A DNA stretch of 64,000 bases from a virus (lineage: Duplodnaviria > Heunggongvirae > Uroviricota > Caudoviricetes): IMG/VR virus record IMGVR_UViG_3300037454_000941, positions 74,063-138,062 of that record, one strand, 5' to 3'. Position numbers and translations under genes: made by a program. The first letter of the stretch is position 1, and each line of letters begins with the position of its first letter. Shown here in pieces: positions 44,431 to 53,728 of the stretch. The notes beneath the pieces are model-generated. The model saw only the letters and a program-made list of their open reading frames with translations. It searched no databases and was not told where the DNA came from.

Positions 44431-45111
44431 ATGGCGTTCAGAAACAATTTTTACATCGCATCATCGATCATTGTATTGCTTGATGAGAATGGTAAGTCTC
44501 TCGGGACAATGAATCCCGGGAAAGCCAGGGCTATTGCCAATGCCCACAATAAGCCTCTTGTATGCGTAAATCCATCCGGGAATCCGCCGGTGTATCGCAT
44601 TGGACCCCCACCGAAAGATGGAATTTCGACTGCGACGGTACGGCTTCTCGATGAAAACGGGGCGCAAATTGGTATCATTTCTAGCTCGGAGGCACGGAAG
44701 ATGGCTGAAGAGCGCGGACTTGACATCATTGTGGTCGCGGCGAACCAGGATCCGCAGGTCGCGCGTCTCGGTAACCGCGGCAAGTATGAATACGAGCAGA
44801 AGCGTAAGCAGCGCGAGATGGACAAGAAGAAACGCGCCGCCGCCAAGGCGACGGAGGTGAGGGATCTTCGATTCCCCTGTAACGGTGGGGATGCCGACCG
44901 GGAGCGCATATTGAAGCAGGGGGATGAGTTCATGGAGCAGGGGCACCCGGTGAACTTCTGCATCCGATTCCCTGGTCGAAAGCTGTCACACTGCGATGAC
45001 GTAATCGAACGTACCAAGGAAGAGATGGGGCGTATCCTGCAGCATGGTGCGGTACACGGTGTTACCCGTGCCGGTAACAGTTTCACGATCGCCTGCATGC
45101 CGAAGAAGTAA
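44431..45111 (+). CDS. infC: Translation initiation factor IF3-like protein with duplicated N-terminal domain
   Basis: Two IF3-N-like units (LLDENGKSLG...NPPVYRI; VRLLDENGAQIG...GLDIIVV...PQVARL), basic helical linker KYEYEQKRKQRE, IF3-C-like VRDLRF...FCIRFPGR; SD GGAGA. Confidence 0.8.
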   Translation: MAFRNNFYIASSIIVLLDENGKSLGTMNPGKARAIANAHNKPLVCVNPSGNPPVYRIGPPPKDGISTATVRLLDENGAQIGIISSSEARKMAEERGLDIIVVAANQDPQVARLGNRGKYEYEQKRKQREMDKKKRAAAKATEVRDLRFPCNGGDADRERILKQGDEFMEQGHPVNFCIRFPGRKLSHCDDVIERTKEEMGRILQHGAVHGVTRAGNSFTIACMPKK

Positions 45112-45112
45112 C

Positions 45113-45868
45113 ATGATCATTGAAGCAACAAACAGATTCGTTTTTACTGAAGTTGCCCGCATGCTGAAGGAACAGTGTGGCGGCAAGCCGGAATATGCCG
45201 ATACCGTGTTCGTCCTTGGACACGTTGATTCTCGGTGTACCATTGATGGTATACGGAAGAAGTATCCAAACAAGAAAGTTGTATTATACCAGCTTGAACA
45301 GATGTATGATGGTTGCAAGTACAACAATCGACACGTGATGGACTGGCTGACCGGGGCGGACGAAATCTGGGACTATGACCTGGACAACATCGAATGGCTC
45401 GCCAGGAAGGGGATCCAGGCATCGTTCCACCCCATGCACTATGCGAGCACGTTGCGCGATGTGCCGAATCTGGAAAAAGATGTCGATGTCCTGTTTTACG
45501 GATTCCTGACGGAGCGTAGGGCCAAGCTGATTCCACAGTTGGCCAATGCCGGATGTGGCAAATGGGCGACTACGTGTGTCATGGGGATATCTGGAGAAAC
45601 CCTGGGAAGATGGATAGGGCGATCCAAGATAATATTGAACATCCATGCGTACGAAAACAACAACCGCCAGGAACAGGTCCGGATGTTCTATCCAGTAATC
45701 AACGGGGCGTGCGTGGTATCTGAGCAGAGTGCCAGGAACTATCTTGAGGGATGCATCACTGAATGTCCGCTTAAGTACCTTTCCGAGACAATCGAGAACA
45801 TATTGAAGAATGACCTGTGGAAGCGGCTTGGTGAGAGCGCGGTCTATAATTTCATGAGGCGACAATGA
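45113..45868 (+). CDS. GT-B-like glycosyltransferase (CgeB/YkvP-type C-terminal motif)
   Basis: DVDVLFYG..TERRAKLI, SKIILNIH, EQVRMFY...NGACVVSE. Confidence 0.7.
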   Translation: MIIEATNRFVFTEVARMLKEQCGGKPEYADTVFVLGHVDSRCTIDGIRKKYPNKKVVLYQLEQMYDGCKYNNRHVMDWLTGADEIWDYDLDNIEWLARKGIQASFHPMHYASTLRDVPNLEKDVDVLFYGFLTERRAKLIPQLANAGCGKWATTCVMGISGETLGRWIGRSKIILNIHAYENNNRQEQVRMFYPVINGACVVSEQSARNYLEGCITECPLKYLSETIENILKNDLWKRLGESAVYNFMRRQ

Positions 45869-46617
45869 GTATTTCTGATATTTGGGACAAATCTGTGCGT
45901 CTCGTTAAGATTGCCGGCGCCGGCGAGACGCGGGTGGTGAACGTAGACGTACCCGGAATATCCACCGACTGGGAGTGGATAAACCAGGCCGGGCATTGTT
46001 TCCGCATTCCGACCTACAAATCCGAAGACGAGCTGCTTGAAACAATCGGGATTCATAAGGGTGACAATGCCATATGCATAGATCGCCATTTCTCGGTGGC
46101 CGCATACCGAACATGCGGGATCCGCGAAATCTGTACGGTATTCTTGTTCACTTCCGATCGGAAATACAAAATTGCCGAGTACGTGTATGATTGTGCTCAG
46201 TCCGTTTACTGTCTTATTCGGCTATGGCGGTTGTCAATCGGAGTTTTCGAGACGGTAATACACGGGAAACGGGGGACGTTCAACTGCAAGCGTATAGGAA
46301 TTAACTCAACCCAGTTGATGGATTTGGTGTTCTATGGTTATAGGAATATCTCGGAATCGACCAGGGGAATGGATCTGCAGTGGCGGAACATTAATGCCAG
46401 GATACCGGTGCGTTATTATGAGGGGGTAAAACGCTTTAAGCGTTTCCTCCCACAGACAAGGATTGCCGCGGCCATAATGATAATGCGCGGGGAGGCCTTA
46501 TCCAAGGTACCGGAAGATAACTTGGAAGATAAGGTGACCGTCGAATATGAATTGTTCAAGGTGTGGCGCCGGGCCAAGCGCCTGGCGAACGGAAGCTGGT
46601 ACGGAACTCACTTGTAA
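45865..46617 (+). CDS. Hypothetical protein
   Basis: 250-aa ORF with ATGA overlap to the upstream gene. Confidence 0.65.
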   Translation: MSISDIWDKSVRLVKIAGAGETRVVNVDVPGISTDWEWINQAGHCFRIPTYKSEDELLETIGIHKGDNAICIDRHFSVAAYRTCGIREICTVFLFTSDRKYKIAEYVYDCAQSVYCLIRLWRLSIGVFETVIHGKRGTFNCKRIGINSTQLMDLVFYGYRNISESTRGMDLQWRNINARIPVRYYEGVKRFKRFLPQTRIAAAIMIMRGEALSKVPEDNLEDKVTVEYELFKVWRRAKRLANGSWYGTHL

Positions 46618-46898
46618 GAACCGCCGAATGGAACATATATGTGGGCGAAGAACCTTTGCCTACACGATGGACACCGTATATACATTCCACGTACGGTGTC
46701 CTCTAGTTTACGGTCATTGCCGAACACGGGTATCTTGCAGTAGGGGCAGCTTATCAATGTCAATGCATGCAGCAGGTCGGTATTCTCACCGAACATAATA
46801 TCAATTGTCCCATCTTCACGCAAGTGTATCACTGCGGCATGTTCTGCCCCCATGTTCTTTATGAACTGGGCGAGTGCCTTGGGATCGCGCAATTCCAT
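46608..46898 (-). CDS. Small zinc-ribbon protein
   Basis: CPYC...CPSC; ATG 46898 abuts the stop of the upstream minus-strand gene. Confidence 0.6.
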   Translation of the reverse strand: MELRDPKALAQFIKNMGAEHAAVIHLREDGTIDIMFGENTDLLHALTLISCPYCKIPVFGNDRKLEDTVRGMYIRCPSCRQRFFAHIYVPFGGSYK

Positions 46899-47170
46899 CA
46901 CAACCTCTGAGCATGGACCAGTCGGGTGAGCGCGCACCAGATGGATACGGCAAATAACATGGCCACTACAAAATTTCCCGTCTTGCCGAGAAATGCCGTC
47001 ATTATGGTTGATGCGACAAGGAACCAGAACACCTGGCGCAGGTTCCAGTTTCGGTCAATCTGGTCATAGAATCCGAGAAACTCCATGGAAGAGAAAAATT
47101 CCCGCTTGATGAATATCCAGGTCAGTTCAATGACGTTTACGTATGGGTCTTGTTCAATTCGTAGCAGCAT
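46898..47170 (-). CDS. Small membrane protein
   Basis: 90 aa with two hydrophobic segments in the C-terminal half. Confidence 0.55.
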   Translation of the reverse strand: MLLRIEQDPYVNVIELTWIFIKREFFSSMEFLGFYDQIDRNWNLRQVFWFLVASTIMTAFLGKTGNFVVAMLFAVSIWCALTRLVHAQRL

Positions 47171-47242
47171 AATACAAAACTATTTCAACTTTTTAACATA
47201 ATCATAGCCCCAAGGCGCCCATTCTTTGCTATATTTTCCAAT

Positions 47243-47455
47243 ATGATTAACGCAAAACGTCTCCAATTTGTCGTATACGGCATAATATTGGGATACGAGC
47301 TACGGCAAATGGTATCCCGTATCCGCTCAAATAGCGGCCCACTAACAATCAACATCGGAATCAAGGGCGCAAAGAAACCAATTGAACCCCCGGAACCCCC
47401 GGAATTTCACTGCAGCCCGGGAAAGGTGATGGAAATGACCGACCAACCGAGGTAG
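47243..47455 (+). CDS. Small hypothetical protein (leaderless start)
   Basis: TGCTATATT 7 nt upstream of the ATG; hydrophobic N-terminus. Confidence 0.55.
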   Translation: MINAKRLQFVVYGIILGYELRQMVSRIRSNSGPLTINIGIKGAKKPIEPPEPPEFHCSPGKVMEMTDQPR

Positions 47456-47494
47456 GCTAATGTTTTTAATGCATTCCAACAGGAAACACACTAA

Positions 47495-49141
47495 ATGGTA
47501 AATGAATCTTCTCGCGGCAAGTTTTGGGATATACTTGCCACCATTTCGAAAGATATCCCCAGAATCCCCACCGACTTTATCACCCCGGATGGTGTGGACT
47601 ACAAGAAGTTGCTCAACCACGTTGCCCACATAAACACCAAGAAATTGCTTCCTTTGGCAACTAGCGGCACTGAGTTGCTATTGACGCTATGGGAGAATAA
47701 GCCGAAGGATTCGTTTGGCGTACAGGCTGTCTCCGCGGCTAGGAACGCGATCGCCCTATACTCGGTCCTGGATGACATCTACATGAATATAATCCCGAGT
47801 ACGTCGGCAGAAAACCGTAGCGACATATTGTTCTGGAAGGAAATCGCCAACCGCTTCAAGTGCGCGATCCCGTTATGCGATAACTATTCGACTTCCGCTT
47901 CGGGCATATTCCCCCTTTCCGACATCTTGATGTATCTCATCAGCAAGGTCAAGGATACTGAATCGATTGAATACATGCCGGACGGTGATATGTATGTATC
48001 CAAGGTGACCATTGAGAAGGTAGGTTTCGCCGGGGAACAGCCGATCATGAATGCGGACGGTACAATCATTTCGAAGGATTCCGTGACGACCTTACTGCAC
48101 TGCAAGTCGTATGGGCGCAACGGACGGCTTGCTGAAGATGTGTATTATACGATAACCATGGAACAAGACAAGGCCGACGATGATGTCTGCGTCGGCTCCA
48201 GAGGCGATGGGGCCTTCACCGGAAGATCGTTCGGCAAAGCATTGATAGAGCATGCCGCGTATGTCAAGGGGTATTCTGACAGTGAATATCGTACTATCGA
48301 ACACGTGATTGTGGCAATGTACCGCCGGCTCGATTTCCGGAAATACCATTTCTTTGTCGACCAGAACAGGATCATGGTATCAAATAACGATTCTTTCTTC
48401 ACGGACAGAGGTGACGGATGGATCAGGTCGAGTGACATGGAGAACCTGCGACTTGAATGCGCCCGGGTATCCAAGTTGAACCTGAAGCGTTCCTATGCAC
48501 TGGTAGGCCCTCCGGGTACGGGCAAGACAGGCATGTGCGAGCATCTGATGGCCGAACTGGCGGAAGACGGCTATACGTTGATTCGCTGCTCCATCGATAA
48601 GCGCACGATGAGCGCAACGTTGAACAAGGTCATCCGCACGACCCTAATGACCTCGAAGTGCGCGATTCTGTTCGATGACCTCGATCTCCTTGATATCAAG
48701 ACCAAGAGCAGCGGCAACGTGGACGAAATGCTCAGCTTCTTTACAGCACTGAAGAAATCGTCTGTCCCGTCAATCGTATTCTCCACGGTCAACAACCCGA
48801 AGAATGTAAACAGCGTCATCATGGGACGCCCCGAGCGAATAGATGAGGTGATTCTGATTGACACGCCGGATGTCAAGATGACCGAGAAGTTGTTGAGGCT
48901 ATACGGGAATCAGAACGGGTACACGATTGCCGATGATGTGTTGGAAACGGTTGCCCGGGAATTGTCTGACGCCAAAATGTCGGTGGCCGACATCAAAAAT
49001 CTGGCCATCATGATGAAGGTAAAGCATGATGCCAAAGATTCATACGATTACAGTGAATTCGAAGAGGGCATCACTACCCTGAAGAGCAATAAGGAAATAT
49101 CCAGGAAGAATTTCTGTGTCGATGGCGACGAGGAAACATAA
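47495..49141 (+). CDS. AAA+ ATPase with long uncharacterised N-terminal region
   Basis: Walker A GPPGTGKT, Walker B ILFDDLD, STVN...RPERIDE (sensor-1/arginine-finger region). Confidence 0.85.
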   Translation: MVNESSRGKFWDILATISKDIPRIPTDFITPDGVDYKKLLNHVAHINTKKLLPLATSGTELLLTLWENKPKDSFGVQAVSAARNAIALYSVLDDIYMNIIPSTSAENRSDILFWKEIANRFKCAIPLCDNYSTSASGIFPLSDILMYLISKVKDTESIEYMPDGDMYVSKVTIEKVGFAGEQPIMNADGTIISKDSVTTLLHCKSYGRNGRLAEDVYYTITMEQDKADDDVCVGSRGDGAFTGRSFGKALIEHAAYVKGYSDSEYRTIEHVIVAMYRRLDFRKYHFFVDQNRIMVSNNDSFFTDRGDGWIRSSDMENLRLECARVSKLNLKRSYALVGPPGTGKTGMCEHLMAELAEDGYTLIRCSIDKRTMSATLNKVIRTTLMTSKCAILFDDLDLLDIKTKSSGNVDEMLSFFTALKKSSVPSIVFSTVNNPKNVNSVIMGRPERIDEVILIDTPDVKMTEKLLRLYGNQNGYTIADDVLETVARELSDAKMSVADIKNLAIMMKVKHDAKDSYDYSEFEEGITTLKSNKEISRKNFCVDGDEET

Positions 49142-49151
49142 GGAGCCAATT

Positions 49152-49898
49152 ATGCCAAAACTTGAACTTGAACGTATATACAACTACATAATTACGTGGA
49201 TTCGCGCGTTTTTCCAGCGTACCGGCGGCAAAACAGCCGTAATCGGGATTTCCGGTGGAAAGGATTCTACCGTGTGCGTGAAATTGCTGGCAGATGCTCT
49301 TGGGCCAGAAAATGTGATAGGCGTGTTCATGCCATGCGGGTACCAACCCGATATACAGGACGCCTATGATGCTGCGGCTGCGGCTGGCATAACCAGGACT
49401 TGTGAAATCGATATTGGGGATGCGAACGCGACTCTAGCGAAGGCTATACCCGGGTTTTCCCAGTCCGAGCAGGCCAAATTGAATCTCCGCCCAAGACTTC
49501 GTATGGCGACTCTGTACGCGGTTGCGCAATCGGTGGACAAGGACGGGGTTCCTGTTAACGGAAGGGTATGCTGCACCGGAAACCGCTGCGAAGCACTTGT
49601 TGGGTATTGCACTCTTTGGGGTGACCTGGCGGGTGATTTCGCCCCAATAGCGTTCCTCACCAAGAGTGAAGTGTGCGAACTGGGTGAATACATGGGATTG
49701 TCGGACCACCTGGTCAACAAGGCCCCGAGCGATGGGCTTAGCGGGAAGACTGACGAAGAATCCCTGGGTGTCACGTATGCTCAAATCGAAGATTATCTTG
49801 CCAACAAGCCACTTGATCCGGAGGTTGCTGGCCGGATCACCAGCATGGCGGGACGTAACCAATTCAAGCGGGAAATCGTGAACATCCCGCACCCGTAG
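49152..49898 (+). CDS. nadE: NH3-dependent NAD+ synthetase
   Basis: PP-loop GISGGKDST, NLRPRLRMATLY, TGNRCE..VGY.TLWGD..GDFAPI..LTKSEV, KAPSDGL, TDEESLGVTY; SD AGGAG. Confidence 0.92.
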   Translation: MPKLELERIYNYIITWIRAFFQRTGGKTAVIGISGGKDSTVCVKLLADALGPENVIGVFMPCGYQPDIQDAYDAAAAAGITRTCEIDIGDANATLAKAIPGFSQSEQAKLNLRPRLRMATLYAVAQSVDKDGVPVNGRVCCTGNRCEALVGYCTLWGDLAGDFAPIAFLTKSEVCELGEYMGLSDHLVNKAPSDGLSGKTDEESLGVTYAQIEDYLANKPLDPEVAGRITSMAGRNQFKREIVNIPHP

Positions 49899-49900
49899 AC

Positions 49901-50692
49901 ATGGCCTATTCAAGACATTATGCGGTCATAAATCGTGATTTCAGTGAGGTGAACGTCGCCCCACTGATTTCTACTATTGAAGGGGCGGTGTACCAGACAA
50001 ATTTACTGAGCGATGACGATCTGGCACACCTGGTGTGGCTTGTCGAGCGGGGATACCTGGACGGCCTATATGTCACCCATCCAAAGCTCGCCGCGGACTT
50101 GTGCAAGGCTAGGCCCGACGGAGCGCCAATCACTGGGTATATAGATTCAATGTGGCGGTCGAATGACAAGGTTGTATACGGCGATGTTGCATACGAGGCA
50201 ATGAATGACCTGATTACACCGAAACTGGTTGGGAAGTCTAACGTCATGGTCGGGATACTTGGGACCGGACGGATGGCGATAACCGCAATGGCCGTACTGT
50301 CCCCGCTATCGCTTTATATAGGAATTGGCTCCCGTGGGGGGAACATGTCCGGTATGAGCGCAATGGCGGAAATTTTGGACAGGCAGGCCGAAATTGCCGG
50401 GAAGCGGACATGTACTGCCGAGTTCATGAACTATGGTGACTTGCCGTTGGACGCGATGGACGTGATAGTAAACGCGACCCCTCTACCGTTTGCCGAAATT
50501 GTGCCGGGTTTTGCACCAAGGGACGGGCAACTGATAGTCGATCTGTCCGGGACGCGGATATCCGAAGGTGCAATTTGTGCAAATGACGTGCGCGCGACGC
50601 AGCTCGGGCTATTGGGGTATCATTGGTGTCCATGCAGTGCGCACCTTCTGGCGGGGCGTATAGAGAAGGCCAAGGAGTATCTTGGTTGCTAA
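49901..50692 (+). CDS. Divergent shikimate-dehydrogenase (AroE)-like NAD(P)-binding protein
   Basis: GLYVTHPK (compare G.NVT.P.K), ILGTGRMA Rossmann glycine motif, DVIVNATPL, LIVDLS. Confidence 0.55.
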   Translation: MAYSRHYAVINRDFSEVNVAPLISTIEGAVYQTNLLSDDDLAHLVWLVERGYLDGLYVTHPKLAADLCKARPDGAPITGYIDSMWRSNDKVVYGDVAYEAMNDLITPKLVGKSNVMVGILGTGRMAITAMAVLSPLSLYIGIGSRGGNMSGMSAMAEILDRQAEIAGKRTCTAEFMNYGDLPLDAMDVIVNATPLPFAEIVPGFAPRDGQLIVDLSGTRISEGAICANDVRATQLGLLGYHWCPCSAHLLAGRIEKAKEYLGC

Positions 50693-50720
50693 AATAACAC
50701 ATTTTTGCTATATTATGGCT

Positions 50721-50912
50721 ATGTTCAAGACATTAAAGAAAATTAACGAAACGGTGGAACTGATAGTGCTCGGGGCGCGCATAGGCAAGATTGTATTGCT
50801 TGCTGAACAGAAATTCCTTGGATATAAACTGCGTACATGCAGAGCCATCCCTATCCACCACCGTGCATCCCATGCTGTGCCGACGAAGAACGATATGGTG
50901 TCGCCAAGATAG
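50721..50912 (+). CDS. Small hypothetical protein (leaderless start)
   Basis: TGCTATATT 6 nt before ATG 50721; overlaps the next ORF by 76 nt, so uncertain. Confidence 0.35.
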   Translation: MFKTLKKINETVELIVLGARIGKIVLLAEQKFLGYKLRTCRAIPIHHRASHAVPTKNDMVSPR

Positions 50913-51139
50913 TCGACTACGTCGATACTCCTGACGGCACTGGTCGGTTCGTCCAGTATGCTGATGGGCGGCGTGGGTTTATAGCCAATGGGTTTGTCCC
51001 GGATGGGTTCGATCTTGAGCATAATGGGCCGAGGTATTCCCCATTTTCAAGTGGGGCGCGGGGTGACATTTCCGGCAGCGAGGGCATGGATGCCCCCAAT
51101 TTTTGGTTCAACAACTCGGACAATGGTGTAAATTTTTAA
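50837..51139 (+). CDS. Small hypothetical protein (late)
   Basis: TATAAACT at 50823-50830, with the TATAAAC core ending 7 nt before the ATG; 100 aa. Confidence 0.55.
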   Translation: MQSHPYPPPCIPCCADEERYGVAKIVDYVDTPDGTGRFVQYADGRRGFIANGFVPDGFDLEHNGPRYSPFSSGARGDISGSEGMDAPNFWFNNSDNGVNF

Positions 51140-51206
51140 TCAATTGTCGCGCGTTTGCGGCAAAAATGCTATATTTTTGTATTATCTACAACAGGAAAGT
51201 TCAATT

Positions 51207-51485
51207 ATGACAGAATTCAAGGAATCTCTTCCGGAAGATTTCCGTGAAGGATACGTAGTGGTCCCGGAATTCAGGATGACTACGCCCGGCATCATCAAGG
51301 TGATGCGGGGGGACATGACCGATGACGAGTGGAAGACGTGGACGCGGGTGAAGTGCATGCGCGAGATCAAGCGCTTGATTTCAGCCGAAGGCGCCAAACC
51401 GGGCCTAAGCACGAAGATTTTCCGCTACCTCACCGACCACGGAATTACCGTGTGTCGGGTCAACTCGCAGCGACCGATACTTTAG
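51207..51485 (+). CDS. Hypothetical protein
   Basis: SD AGGAAA; TGCTATATT at 51167-51175. Confidence 0.6.
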   Translation: MTEFKESLPEDFREGYVVVPEFRMTTPGIIKVMRGDMTDDEWKTWTRVKCMREIKRLISAEGAKPGLSTKIFRYLTDHGITVCRVNSQRPIL

Positions 51486-51494
51486 GGAGTCACC

Positions 51495-52082
51495 ATGAGT
51501 GCGCAGGAAACCGATGGCGAAGTCCAAGAACATGAAGTTCTTGACGAGAACGAAACCGCGATTGACATCACGGTATCTGATTTCACCGTGCAGTACATAT
51601 TCAAGGATCTTCTCTTGGATAGGGCGTCCCCACAGCCTATACGACATTACTCGGCCCGCATGAAGGTGGCCGTGCCGTCGGTTATCGTTCCGTATATCGA
51701 GACTTACATCAAGAACCGCGGAATTGCTGCAGAGCTCGAAGAAGGGAAAGACCCATGCCCGTATCCCTATAATCTCCCCACCGACCTCAGGAAGAAGTGG
51801 AAGAAATGGCTGAAATCCGAGTATCCGGATTTTATCGTAGAGAACAATGAACCCGTTGCACCCGGACAGAAGGTGCGTAGGCGGGAGATGGACTCGGATG
51901 AGATAGCCGCGGCGGTGATCAGCTGTACGCTGGAAGATACCCTTGCCGATTCGCTTGAATACTGTTGGGACAACGTGCTTGGGCCCAAGTTCAAGGATGC
52001 GATACCGGTCCCTCCAGATGGATATAAGATAGGGAGCCGCTACATACACCTCATTAGTTGGAAACCTGAAATGGGGGGCTAG
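51495..52082 (+). CDS. Hypothetical protein
   Basis: 195 aa; SD GGGAG; abuts the exonuclease gene. Confidence 0.65.
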   Translation: MSAQETDGEVQEHEVLDENETAIDITVSDFTVQYIFKDLLLDRASPQPIRHYSARMKVAVPSVIVPYIETYIKNRGIAAELEEGKDPCPYPYNLPTDLRKKWKKWLKSEYPDFIVENNEPVAPGQKVRRREMDSDEIAAAVISCTLEDTLADSLEYCWDNVLGPKFKDAIPVPPDGYKIGSRYIHLISWKPEMGG

Positions 52083-53051
52083 ATGCACGAGTTTTTTGCG
52101 CGGACCAGTGTATTTAACAATATTGCATTTGATGATGAGCGGCATAGCTACACTCTCAATGGAACCCGTACCATCTCAGTTACGAAAGTCACCGGTTCGG
52201 TGGCACCCCCGTTTATCGAGGGGAAGGTGGCCTTGGATAGCGTCAGGAAGAAGCTCAGGAGGGATGAGGTGGTTCCCCCCATGGAACTCCTGCGCCGCGC
52301 GGAAGACCTGTGCCTGCAGTGGAAAGTGAAGAACCTTCTTGCCAGGGCGAAGGGCTCGGCGGTCCATAAGTACATCGAGACCAATCTGGCCAATAAGGTG
52401 CAGCCGTACCCGTCCGATATCGTGATGAATGAGTTCACGAAGGATTTCAAGAAGATGCCCCGCCTTAGGGAGCTGGTCCAGGGTGACCCGGTGAAACCCA
52501 TGTATGACCGGATCACGCCCATGGTCAAGCAGTTCATCAGCGACATCCAGGGAAAGATGCACCGTGTTCGTTCGGAACTCGTGATAGGCAGCCCCAAGTA
52601 CATGGTCTGCGGGATGATCGACCAGATTTTCTACAACATGAAGTCGGGTGGCTTCGAAATATGGGACTGGAAGACGAACAGCGATTTCGATACCGATTCA
52701 AATTTTAAACTTAATGCGCCATGCGCGCACCTGGATAAGTCGAAACTGACTGAATATTCATTGCAGCTGCACTGTTACAAGCGAATTTTTGAGGAAGAGA
52801 CCGGAATCCCGATTGTAAACCTGTATCTTTGTTGGTTCAGTGAGCGGGAACCCACTTACCGAGTGTTCAAGTGTAGGGATCTTTCGAATGAAGCCAAATA
52901 CCTGTTGGAAAATGCGGGCCAGTTGGTTGCGCAGTCGGAAGCGGAGAAAACCCGGTTGACAAAAGAATTTGATGAATACAAGAGGGCCATCGAAAATGGA
53001 ACAGCAGAAACTGGAAGCAATCAAGAAGTCATTTTCGGAACCACAGTCTAA
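52083..53051 (+). CDS. PD-(D/E)xK exonuclease (Cas4/lambda-exonuclease-like fold)
   Basis: ISVTKV, KGSAVHKYIE, SELVI, GMIDQIF, IWDWKT, YSLQLHCY. Confidence 0.85.
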   Translation: MHEFFARTSVFNNIAFDDERHSYTLNGTRTISVTKVTGSVAPPFIEGKVALDSVRKKLRRDEVVPPMELLRRAEDLCLQWKVKNLLARAKGSAVHKYIETNLANKVQPYPSDIVMNEFTKDFKKMPRLRELVQGDPVKPMYDRITPMVKQFISDIQGKMHRVRSELVIGSPKYMVCGMIDQIFYNMKSGGFEIWDWKTNSDFDTDSNFKLNAPCAHLDKSKLTEYSLQLHCYKRIFEEETGIPIVNLYLCWFSEREPTYRVFKCRDLSNEAKYLLENAGQLVAQSEAEKTRLTKEFDEYKRAIENGTAETGSNQEVIFGTTV

Positions 53052-53289
53052 AATATGGCACACCCTGCTGGGTGACATTTCCAAGTTGGAGGCCGAATGG
53101 AAACTGTGCCGGCGTATGTATGATGATGCCACTGCAGTAATCAACGCCGAGAAGATTGGGCCGGAGGTGCGCTTGCTTCTCCGTAACGTCAGCGATTATT
53201 GGAATCGCAGGCGTCTGGCGTTGGAACGGACGATGGAACGTGTCGGTATGAACGAATATCTTGTAAAGTGGAGGGGCAGTGGCCACTAA
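52996..53289 (+). CDS. Helical hypothetical protein
   Basis: Overlapping ORF within a tightly packed operon. Confidence 0.55.
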   Translation: MEQQKLEAIKKSFSEPQSKIWHTLLGDISKLEAEWKLCRRMYDDATAVINAEKIGPEVRLLLRNVSDYWNRRRLALERTMERVGMNEYLVKWRGSGH

Positions 53290-53719
53290 GAAGGAACTTG
53301 CTCGGTTTACTGCCGAGATTATGGATTCATCGGTGCGTACCATCGGTGGTATACAGTTTACCGAGGCAGCCGTACTTTCGGTGTTTTCTCAGATTATGGC
53401 CAATGGGTGTACCGTAGAGGATATTGCCCCCCTTGAACGGGAAAAGAAGGGAGTGAGGCCGGATGAACCATGGAAGGGTCGCGCGATGGCCAGATCGGTT
53501 AATGCCAGTATCGAAGGGACCGTATTGAAAGTGGAATTCGCGGTGCCGGATACTCGTTATGGGAAGATCTTGATGGCGACCGCCGAGACAGCCGGTGGAT
53601 TCGACCGGATCAGGTTCATGCCCGTTGCGCAGGGGGTGCCGGACGCGGATGGCAAGGTTGATCGAGTAAAGCTGGCATATGTTACGTTCACCACGGCGCT
53701 TGCAGGAAAACCGAAATAG
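53279..53719 (+). CDS. Degenerate prohead-protease (T4 gp21/HK97 fold)-like protein
   Basis: EGTVLKVEFAVPDTRYGKILM...IRFMPVAQG...DGKV...L.YVTF parallels gp21 'EG..V.G...ILDTP.GKI...GVSSRG.G...G.V....L...D.V'; catalytic His/Ser motifs absent. Confidence 0.4.
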   Translation: MATKKELARFTAEIMDSSVRTIGGIQFTEAAVLSVFSQIMANGCTVEDIAPLEREKKGVRPDEPWKGRAMARSVNASIEGTVLKVEFAVPDTRYGKILMATAETAGGFDRIRFMPVAQGVPDADGKVDRVKLAYVTFTTALAGKPK

Positions 53720-53728
53720 TTTTCCGGT

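Noticed and set aside
50708-51022. Minus-strand 104-aa ORF
   Set aside because: The promoter motifs (TGCTATATT, TATAAACT) point to the plus-strand ORFs, and the flanking genes are all on the plus strand.
52083-53051. Cas4-like nuclease and TnpBs as a CRISPR-Cas locus
   Set aside because: No repeat-spacer array or cas1/cas2 is visible; the nuclease lacks the Cas4 Fe-S cysteines, and the first TnpB has IS-type end hairpins.
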